Assembly (NCBI GenBank): GCA_943704415.1
Contig: CALSCO010000613.1
Span: 1-39,301, forward strand
Source: Parvularia atlantis
Taxonomy: Eukaryota
Direction of reading: 5' to 3'
Length of the DNA stretch: 39,301 bases
In this document: in pieces, positions 22,887 to 32,707 of the stretch
How positions within the stretch are numbered: position 1 is the stretch's first letter
How the letters are laid out: each line of letters opens with the position of its first letter
Position numbers and translations under genes: made by a program
The notes under the pieces: generated by a model
What the model saw: only the letters and a program-made list of their open reading frames with translations
Told to the model about the DNA's origin: nothing
Database searches by the model: none

Positions 22887-24713
22887 ATGGCAACGGCGCG
22901 CGTGCGCGATGTGCCCGAGGCCGAGCTCGTGACGGTGGCCGACGTTGCGCTGGCGTACGTGCACCTCGTGCTGCAGCTCGGCGAGCACGACAGCAAGTGC
23001 GCGCGCACGCCTCGACCGCAAGCGCGATGCTGACGTGGTGACGCGCGTCAGCTACGTCGACGCATACTACGGCCCGCCCGAGTGGCGCGCGCAGGCCGCC
23101 GCGAGCGGGCGCGGCCCGGCCGACATCGCCGCGGCCGCCGAGCGCCTGCGCGCGCGCCTGGACGGCTTTGGGCCGACGATGGGCGTGGGCAGCGCGGTAG
23201 ACGAGGTCGATCGGATGCGCATCACGTACTTGCAGAAGCAGGTGCTCGCCGCCAGCTGCCAGCTGGCGCCGTCGCCGCGCATGCTCACGCGGTGTGGCGC
23301 GTGCAGCTCATCGCGCTCGCTGCGCACGCCTGCGCGCTGCGCCCGGGCGAGCCGCGGCTGTCGTTCGACGAAGAGTCGCAGCTGCTGTACGACGCGCGCG
23401 CGCCGCAGCACGCCGAGGGCGACTTTGAGCGCGTCCTGGCGCGGCTCGAGGCGCTGCTGCCCGGTCCGGGCACGCTGATCGAGCGCTACGCCGGCTTCAA
23501 GAAGCAGTACGTCATCCCGCCCGAGCGCCTCAGCGCCGTCTTCGACGCGGCCGTGGCGCGCACGCGCGAGATCACGCGCTCACGCATCCACGTGCGCGCG
23601 GCCCGCCCGCGCGACCCGCACCGCGCTGCTCACCTCTCGCCCCGTGCGCGCAGCTGCCCGACGGCGAGGACTTCCGCATCGAGTACGTCACCGGCAGGCC
23701 CTGGAGCGGCTACAACTGGTACAAAGCAGGCTTCTTCTCGGTCATCCAGATCAACACGGTGCGCCGTGGCGCGCACGCCTGCCTCCGGCTCGGCTGACGC
23801 GCCGTACCGCAGGACCTGCCGATCCACATCGACCGCGCGGTTGACCTGGCCGCGCACGAGGGCTACCCGGGTGTGTGCGTGCGCGCGGTCGTATGCTGCT
23901 GTTGCGCGCTGACCCGCCGCGCGCGCACAGGCCACCACGTGTACAACATGCTGCTCGAGAAGCACCTGTACCGCGACCGCAGCATGGTCGAGTTCTGCGT
24001 GTACCCGCTCTTCTCGCCGCAGTCGCTCATCGCCGAGGGTTTGCCCGTGCGCGCTTGCCGCCGCTCCGTTGCTGAGCCTTCCCGGCCGCAGGGACGGCCA
24101 ACTACGGCATCCAGATGTGCTTCCCGACCGAGCAGGAGCGCGTCGACTTTGAGCAGACCGTGCTGTTCCCGCTCGCCGGGCTCGACCCGTCGGGCGCGTC
24201 GCAATTCTACGAGGTTGAGCGGCTGGTGCGCGCGACCAGTGTACGCGCAGCGAGCTGACCGCACCGCGGTCGCGCAGGTGCACGAGCTGTCGTACGCGGG
24301 CAACGAGGCCGCGCGGCGCTACATCGACGGCAAGATCAGCGCCGTCGAGGCGACCGAGTGGCTCACCAAGGTGCGCCGACCCCGCGTCTGCACGCCTGGC
24401 CGCACTCACTGCGACGGCGCCAGTACGCGCTCATGCCGCACGAGCGCGCGAGGAAGCGCGTGCAGTTCTTCGACGCGTACCGCTCCTACGTGCGCGCAAC
24501 AAGCCGCGTGCGCCGTGTGCGCTGAACGCGCGCTTCCGGCAGGTCATCTCGTACAACTACGGGCTCGACCTCGTCGCCAAGTATATCGAGCGCGAGGCGC
24601 GCGCGCTCGTGGCGGACCCGGCCTCGCCCGACCGCCACCAGGCCGGCCCGGCGCGCTGGGATGTGTTCACGCGGCTGCTGTCGACGCCGCAGGTGCCGTC
24701 CAACCTGCTGTGA
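22887..24713 (+). CDS. Bacterial-type DUF885-related putative zinc metallopeptidase, 10 exons
   Basis: YVDAYYGP, PWSGYNWY, INT|DLPIHIDRAVDLAAHEGYPG|HHVYN, YPLFSPQSLIAEG|TANYG, YRSY|VISYNYG. HExxPGHH followed by EG is the DUF885-like metal-binding signature. Confidence 0.85.
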
Positions 24714-24748
24714 TGTACCCGTACAAATGTGCATGTCTCCTGGCCGCT

Positions 24749-25381
24749 CTAGTAGCGGTACTTGGTCGAGTAGTCCTTGGGCGCGACGACGAGGCCGCGG
24801 CCCTTGCGCGCGCCGCGGTAGATGGTCTCTGCGGCAAAGGCGTGAGCACGCGGGACAGGCGGCGGCGCACGCGCAGACGCACCGACGATGTCGATGAACT
24901 CCTGCTTGTCCTCCATGGCCCAGTTGACCTTGTTGTTGTTGCCCGTGCCCAGGTCGATCATGATGTGCTTGTTGCGGAAGAAGAACATGACCGTGCACGG
25001 GTCGTACAGCTCGTACATCTTGTTGAAGTCGGGCACCTCGTCGATGTCAACGACGTAGACCACCGCCAGGTTCTTGATGAGCTCTGCAGCGGGCAGGCAG
25101 CGGCGCGCGTGCGTCAGCGCCCGGCTACGCGGCCGCGCACGGGGCCCGGGGCTGCGCACCCGCCACGCCGTACAGCGTCTCGTCCATCTTCATGCACGTC
25201 GGGTCCCAGTCGCGCCCGAAGCGGATCACGACCACGCGGTCCTCCTCGGACAGGATGGCCTGATCGACCTGCCACCCTGCGGCCGGGCCGGCGGGCGTCA
25301 GGAGGCGCGGCTGTCGGGGCGCGCGGCGTGCGCGCGGAAGGTGCGCGAACCGTTTGTCAGGTGCGTCAGTAGGAACGCCAT
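24749..25381 (-). CDS. TXNL4A: U5 snRNP thioredoxin-like protein Dim1 (4 exons)
   Basis: MAFLLTHLTN|GWQVDQAILSEEDRVVVIRFGRDWDPTCMKMDE...VPDFNKMYELYDPCTVMFFFRNKHIMIDLGTGNNNK...RGARKGRGLVVAPKDYSTKYRY*, near-invariant Dim1 sequence. Confidence 0.98.
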
Positions 25382-25408
25382 CTGTGCTTTCAAGTACAAG
25401 TGTCGCGG
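25382..25408. promoter_or_regulatory. 27-nt spacer between the divergent DIM1 and dioxygenase start codons (putative bidirectional promoter core)
   Basis: AT-richer island ctgtgctttcaagtacaagtgtcgcgg between two well-supported ATGs. Confidence 0.55.
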
Positions 25409-26976
25409 ATGCTGTGCGCGATACGTCACGTGGCCGCGCGCTCGCGTCATGCACAGGCGGCCGTGCGCGCGCTCGCCTCGTCGGCTGCTGCTGCGGCGGC
25501 GGCGGACGAGCCCGCGGTGGCGGCGGCGGTGCAGATCCACTCGACGCGTGACTTCCTGCGCGTGCAGACCGCGCCCGGCACTCACCACGACTTCCACTGG
25601 TTCTGGCTCAAGGTGCGGCACTGTTGTGCAGTGCGCGCGCGGCGACAAACAAACGGCGCACTGACGCGCGTGCAGCACAACTGCGACAACGTGCCGCTGT
25701 CGTTGCACCCGCTCACGCGCGAGCGCATGGTCGACAGTAGCGAGATCTCGCTCGACGTCCAGCCGCACGCCGTCGAGCTGCGCCCCGACGCCGCCGACCC
25801 CGTTGTGCAGGTGCCCGTCGCCTGCGCGCTCACGCGCACGTGCGCGCACTGAAGACGGCCGGCCGGGGGCAGATCGCCTGGGACGCCACGCACCAGCACG
25901 TCTCGACCTTCCGCCTGTCGTGGCTCGAGAAGCACGCGTACGGCACCGGCCACGAGGCCGTCCCGCCGCCGTCCAACGACGTGCAGTGGGTCACGCTGCA
26001 CTACCCGGACTTTGTCGGCAAGGACGGCCGCCCGGCCGGGCGCTACTTTGGCGCGATCGAGGAGCGTCTGCGCCGCTTTGGCCTCGTCGTCGTGCGGCAG
26101 CACGGCAGCGACACCGAGGCGATCATGTGCGCGCACGGCACGCCTGTCTGCCTGCTGCTGCGCGGCGGCTCACCCAGCGCCGCGCCGCCCCGCAGCCAGC
26201 AGCTCCTGCCGCCCGGCAAGGACGTGATTGCGACGCACTTTGGCCGGATCGAGGACTTGCGCACCGACAACACGACCAACAAGAACACCGACCAGCTCGG
26301 CTACACCGACTCGCCCGTGCACCTGCACACGGATCAGCCGTTCATCGTGAGCCCGCCCGGTGCGTCTGTGCCCGGCACTGTGCGGCCGCACCTGATCTGC
26401 CTACCATCGCACGCAGGCATGCAGCTCCTTCACAGCATCCGTCGCGCCGACACGGGCGGCGGCAACTTCCTGGTCGACTCGCGGCAGGTGCGCACGGTGG
26501 CGCGGCCACGCACGACGAGCTTGCCCACGCTCACACGCGTACGCGCGCACGTGCAGGCCGCGCTGTACCTGAAGGAGCTGGACCCGGAGGCGTTCCACGT
26601 GCTCACGACCACGCCAGCCACGTTCCTGCGCGTGCAGAAGGCCTTCACGAGCTCGTACCAGGTGCCACTGATCCTGCTGGACGCGCACGGCCACGTGCAG
26701 CAGATCCGCCACAGCTACTTCTCGATGGCGCCGCACCAGCTGCCCTTTGGCCGCATGCGCTCGTTCTACCGCGCGTACAACGCTTTCTCCAACATCCTGC
26801 GCGACCCGGCGCACCACTTCCAGCTCATGCTCGAGAAGGACGACTTTGTGCTCTACGACAACTACCGCATGCTGCACGCGCGCACGGGCTTCAAGGGCCC
26901 GCGCCACGTCCGCGGCGTCTACTTCCACCACGAAGACGTCTGGAACAAGCTGGCCGCGTCCAAGCAGCTGCCGTGA
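25409..26976 (+). CDS. Mitochondrial gamma-butyrobetaine-hydroxylase-like / TauD Fe(II)-2OG dioxygenase
   Basis: Arg/Ala-rich presequence, GBBH-N-like FWLK|HNC...HPLTRER, an HxD motif (LHTDQPF) and distal DNYRMLHARTGF...RHVRGVY. Confidence 0.88.
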
Positions 26977-27072
26977 GCCGCGGGCCGGACGCGATTAGTG
27001 TGTGTTGTTGTTGCAAGCGGATGTGGTGGGGTGCAGGTTTGCTTTTTCGAGCCACTCAGCACTGTGCGAGCA

Positions 27073-30000
27073 TCAGTCCTCGCCCATCAACGCCTGGCCG
27101 GAGCTGTCGCGCCGCGCGAGCCGGCTGATCGCGTGCACCCAGTCATCGCGGTCGGCCTCGCTCGCGACGCTGCACAACAGCTGGTTGTGGTTTGGCAGGT
27201 CGGTCACAGCAAAGAGGTACGGCTGGCGCGCCGAGCGTGAGCAGCGGCCCGCAGGCGACTCGCACGCGCACCATGCTTTGCACGACCTCGGGCCCGATGT
27301 CGCCGTCGAACGACTCGTGGCCGGCGGCCGCACGCGCGCCCTGCACGGCCGAGTCAGCATCGCGCGCACGCAGACACAAGCTGCGCGCAGCACCTTGATC
27401 GCGGTCATCGACAGCGGCTTGTTGAGCCCGGCTGGCTTCTCGTTGTCCTGCGAAGCGCAATCGTTGTGATCGTGAGCCCCGCGACAGCAGCGCAGCACGA
27501 GTCGCACCGCTGGGTCGGCAAACATCCACAGATACCCGCCCTCGAGCGCCACCCAGCTGCGGCCCCAGCTCTCCGTCTCAGCGCTGAAGTAGACCACCCA
27601 CCTGCGCAGCACCTTCAGCGCTTGCGCCGAAACGCGGTTGCAGGCCGCACCCCTCCATCTTGATGGACCGACGCGAAAACTTGCGCTGCGTCCCTGGCGC
27701 TCGTGTCGCTGCCGGCTCCTTGAGCATGATCGGCGTCGTCTTGGCCAGGCTGTTTTGCGCGTTTCAGCAACGCGCGCATTGCGTGCTGGCACAGACGCGC
27801 CTCGGGTCCATCATGACCGACTGCCGCTTCGCCTTGCGCTCGGCCGACTTGACCTGGCGGTGCGGTCGTGCTTAGCACGCGCTTGTCCGCGGGCAGGCAC
27901 ACGCTTCGACGGCGCACCCGCGGTGCCTCAGACGTCGACGAGGCCTCGGGCGTGGTCGGAGCAATGCCCAGGCGCTCCATCTCGCGCAGCCGCTCCTCCA
28001 GCCGCGCCGACAGCGGCGAGTCGACGGCGCTCACTTGCGACGTCGCGCGTGAGCAACGCGACGCGTGGCGGGCCCGCTGCGCACCTGGGAGCGACTCGCC
28101 CACGTCTGCCGACGATGCCATCGGCGAAGGCGACTGTGCGGCGTCTGCACCAGGATCAGCCCCGTCCGGCAGTGCGCGGCCGCGTACATGACTGCGTCTT
28201 CGACGACGGCGGATGCAACAACGCGCCCGCTGCCCTGTCCATGGCCGTGCCGGCATCGGCTGTCGCGCTCGTCGGCTCGCTGTCCTGTCTGACGTCGTCG
28301 GATGAGCTCGAGACCGGCCGCGAGTCGTCGCCAAAGCCGACCAGCTCTGTCGCGCGCGCGTGAGCAACGACGGGCATCCGCGAGCGTGCAGCAAGAGCGA
28401 GCACGCCACTGTTCTCCGACAGCTGGGCGCCGTTGGTCGTCTTGAGCGGGCGCAGCGAGCTCTCCTTGCGCTTGCCAAAGATGAGACCCGACGCCTTCGA
28501 CAACGTGTTGCCCGTGAGCGATGACGACGAGCCGCCGAGCGCCTGCACGCTGCCGGTCGGGCCGGCGTCGTCGCGGCTGGGCGGCGTCCGTAAGCAATCC
28601 GCATGTTGCGGGCGTGCCGCTCGCGCACCTGCTCTCGCCTTCGCTCAGTAGCGTCTTCATCAGGTCTTCGACCTTTCGGTCGCGCGGCGCGACCGGGTCG
28701 AGCAGCGAGACGCTGCGCACGCACGCGGATCAGCAAGGCCGGCGGTCGCAGGTCTGGTCGCGAGTGCGCACGGCTGGTTGGTAGCGTAGTGCCGGAAGAC
28801 GACCGCCGCGGGCTTGATGCTCTCGGTGCCTGTCGAGTTGGCCGCGGCAAAGGCCACCGTGTCGGCCGCGGCGTCGACGGCGCTGATCGCCTCGAGCGCC
28901 TTGTCGTGCGCCTGCACGTGCCACTGCCATCAACCAGCGGGTCCTGTGCGTGTGGTCACGTGCACCGCGCACCGCCACAACGTGCTGCTGCAAGTGCTCG
29001 CGCGACGCCGTCACAAAGCTCGCGAGCACGCGCTTCGTCGTGTTGATGCGGTCCTGCTCGCCCGCCTCCACTTGCTGCGCGCCCCGCGCTGAGACGATGT
29101 GCGCGCGGTGCCGCGCGGCAAGCGTCCGCACCTTGGCGAACGCGCGCATTTGCTCCTCCCACTTGCCGCGCACCTTGGCCCACTCGGCCACGGCCTTGTG
29201 GTAGTCCATCTCTGCGCCGCGCTGCGCGTCAGCACGGATGTCGCAGTCACGAGCGCGCCGCGCGTCATGCCTGCCAGGTTGAGTTCCTTGTCGGCCTTGA
29301 TCGCCTTCTCACACGCCTGCTCGGGCGACCAAGCTCAGTGTGTGTGCGCGGCCGCGGTCACGTCACGCGCACCTTGATGAGCTCCTTCTTGGTCATGCCC
29401 GGCGTCATGCCGCGCTCGGCCAGCTCGCGCGCCTTGTCACGGTCGCGCGCCTTTGCGACGTACGCCTGGCGTGCCTGTGCGCGCGGTCCGTGAGACAAGG
29501 CGGCGCCCCGAACACCTCGCCAACACCAGCACCTTGTCGACCGTCGCGCCCTCCTTCGCGAGCACCTTGGCCGCGGTCTTGTATGCGTCATCGTTCTGTC
29601 AAATTGCACACGGCATGAGCGGTGCAGCCGGCGTCCGCACGCGGCGCAGAGGACGCGACCTTGGCAGCCTCCTTCTTGAGGGCGCTGCGAAAGTCGCCGA
29701 GCGGGCCCGTGAGGTGGTCCTGCAGGCGCTGCGTCACGTCCTGCATCCACCGCGCCTCGGCCGCCGTCATCGCGAGCACCTGCTCGTACGCGGCCGCGAG
29801 CGTTCTGCGCGCCCGCGCGTCAGCCCGGCGCGGACCGCTCTGTGGCTGTGCACACGCGCGCACCCATCCTCACTGCGCGGCGCGAGCGTCTCGTTCAGCT
29901 TGAGCAGGGCGCGGATGAAGCTGTCGTACAGCGCCGCCTTTTCCTTCGCGTACGCGAGCAGCTCCTTGGTCGCCTCGTTGCCGCGGCGCACCTTGTCGGC

Positions 30001-30119
30001 CAGCACATCGTACCCGCGCGCGTCCTCGCCTGAGCGCGCTCGTTGTGAAACGCCGTCGCGACAGCCTGAGCCGCGCCGGCGCATGCACCCCAGAAGGCCT
30101 CGCAGAACACGCCCGCCAT
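27073..30119 (-). CDS. F-BAR (FCH) protein with a C-terminal PH domain
   Basis: FCH start MAGVFCEAFWG|EDARGYDVLADKVRRG...KEKAALYDSFIRALLKL, helical BAR region with EQDRINTTKRVL, Ser-rich linker, then PH SWGRSWVALEGGYLWMF...PYLFAV...ASEADRDDWVHAI. Confidence 0.8.
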
Positions 30120-30313
30120 GCCAACACTTCCCCACGGCTGCGCTGCCCACCGCCGCGCCGGCCCGCCGTGCGCTGGTGCTCTGCGTGCGGCGGCGTGCGT
30201 GGGGCAACCCGCGTGAGATTGCTTGCCCCGCGCCTCCGCACAGGCTGTGCGCGCGATTAGGCGTGGCCGCGTGTCATCAAGCATTTGCTCGACCTCGCTG
30301 GCGCGCCTGAGCC

Positions 30314-31229
30314 ATGAACCTGCTGCCGCACAAGTCGTGGCACGTCTGGAACAGGGACAACGTCGAGCGCGTGCAGCACGACGAGGCCGAGGCCGCGGCG
30401 AAGGAGCGCGAGCGGCAGACGCGCGTCGACCAGGCGGTGCGGACGCGCGCGCCGCGCGATTGGCCGCGCGGGCGAGTGACGCGCTGCTTCGCCGCAGGAC
30501 CATGAGGCGCGCCTGGACGTGCTGCGCCGGCTCGCGCAGGGGCAGAGCGAGGCGGACGCGGGCGCACACGCTGCCGCCGACCACGTCAACCTCTTCTTCG
30601 CTGAGGAGGCCGAGGCGCGGCAGCGAGCGCAGAAGCGGCCCAACGAGGAGTACGAGGCCGAGGCCAACGCCAAGAAGCGCAAGGACGAGCGCTTGCGCAT
30701 CAACTACCTGGGCGAGGGCTCGGCCGAGCTCGCCGAGAAGAAGCCGTGGTACTCGGAGCTGCCACCGCGCCCGGGGGACGCTGAGGCGGCCAGCGCGCCG
30801 TCCACCGAGAAGCCGTCGTCGGCACTGGGCCTGTCGAAGGAGGACCGGGCGCGCCGGCGGCTGGAGCGCACGATCCAGCGCGAGGACCCGCTGACGGACG
30901 TGAAGAAGTACCTGCACATCAAGGCGGCGCACGACGTCGCCCAGGCGGCCAAGACGAGCGGCATCCTTGCACTGCCGGCCGTGCGTTTGCCCCTTGAGGC
31001 CGCGTCGCCCGCTCAGCGACGTCTCACGATGCCGCGTCTGCGCAGCCGCCGCCCGTCCGGCCAGCGGTCAAGGGGCCGGCGAGCGGGCCGCCCGCCGCCG
31101 CGCCTGCGCCGTCACTCGACAAGCTTCGCCAGGAGCGGCTGCAGCGCGAGGCCGAGGAGCGCGCGCGCGTGGCGCAGCTCAAGGCGCAGCGTCTCGGTCT
31201 GCCGATGCTGCCATCCGCGTCCGCGTCCG

Positions 31230-31266
<37 letters not shown>

Positions 31267-31396
31267 ACCGCAGCGGTACAACCAGCAGTTCAACCCGCAG
31301 CTGGCGCGCGGCGGCCGGCCCAGCGGGCCCGGCGCGGGTGGCTACACGCGCTACTCAGACAAGTACCGCCAGCTGCTGGCCGAGCAGAGAAGATGA
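30314..31396 (+). CDS. LENG1: LENG1 (Cir_N domain) spliceosome-associated protein, 3 exons
   Basis: [35 protein letters not shown]...[29 protein letters not shown]. Confidence 0.88.
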
Positions 31397-31504
31397 GCAT
31401 GCTGCGATCTGTGATCTGCTGTACATAGGCTACTATTCGCTTCGTCCTGCCTGCGTCGGTGCGGCGGCTTCGTGCTCATCCCCTGCGCCTGCCCGCCCGG
31501 CACC

Positions 31505-32636
31505 ATGGAGGAGGAGACGACGTCGCAGCGTCTCGAGCGGTGCGTGGCCGTGGCTGCGGCGCCGCCGTCTCGCACGCGCCCCGTCTGCGCCGGAATCTTG
31601 ACGACGCCGTCGTCTCGTTGCAAGGCGTCGCCGCGAGCGCGAGGAGCAGAAGAAGAAGCTCGAGGAAGAGCTCGCGCAGGAGGAGGCGCGCCTGGCCGCC
31701 GAGCGCGAGCGGCGCAGGGCCGAGCGCGAGCGCCGGCGGCAGGAGCAGGAGGCAGAGGAGCGGCGGATACAAGAGGTTCGGTCGTCGGCGTGAGAGCACC
31801 GTCGGCGGTGCGCGGCTCATGCGGCGGACCCGCGCGCGCGCAGGAGAACGAGCAGCGGCGGCGCGACCGCGGTGGGCGTGGCTCGGTGCGGCCGGTCGGC
31901 GGTGGCGTGCTCGCGACTGACGCGCAGCTTAGTCTGAGCCGGCTCCTGCTGCGCCTGTGGTCGAGCGCAAGCTTGAGCCTGTGCCTGAGCCTGTGGTTGA
32001 GCGCAAGCCTGAGGCTGTGCCTGAGCCTGTGGTCGAGTGCAAGCCCGACCCGAAGCCCGAGCCTGTGGTCGAGCGCAAGCTTGAGCCTGTGCTTGAGCCT
32101 GTGGTCGAGTGCAAGCCCGACCCGAAGCCTGAGCCTGTGGTCGAGCGCAAGCTTGAGCCCACGCTGGCAGCCGCAGCCGCACCCACACCCGCACCCGCAT
32201 CGGCGCCCGTATCAGCGCCCGCATCAGTACCGGCACCAGCGGCCGCATCGGCGGCCAGCGACGACAGCAAGAGCGCATCGCAGACGCAGCGCCAGGCGGC
32301 CGAGGAGAAGCGGCTGAAGCTGGAGGAGGAGATGCGCCAGATGGACGAGGAGCGCGAGCGGCGCAAGCTTGAGCGGCAGCGCAAGCGCGAGGAGCGGTCG
32401 AAGATGCTGAACGACGTGCGTGCTGCGGGCATGAGTGTTGCGTGCAGACGTTGACGTGTTGCGCACGCGCGATCCAGCTGCCTAACGAGGAGCAGATCCT
32501 GAAGGCCGTCGAAGTGCGCAAGGAGTCTGCGCGGGCCCAGGCCGAGGCCGACGAGATGGCGCGCCGGGCGGAGAACGCCGACAAGCGCCGCCGCGAGCAG
32601 GACGAGCAGGAGGTCGAGGAGGCGCGCAAGGCCGAC

Positions 32637-32671
<35 letters not shown>

Positions 32672-32672
32672 C

Positions 32673-32707
<35 letters not shown>

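Noticed and set aside
22887..24713. Bacterial contamination or chimeric assembly
   Set aside because: The gene has nine host-type introns, and composition and 3' motif match the flanking eukaryotic genes.
31954..32160. 36-bp periodic repeat resembling a CRISPR array
   Set aside because: No unique spacers and no cas genes. It is an in-frame coding repeat in a spliced eukaryotic gene.
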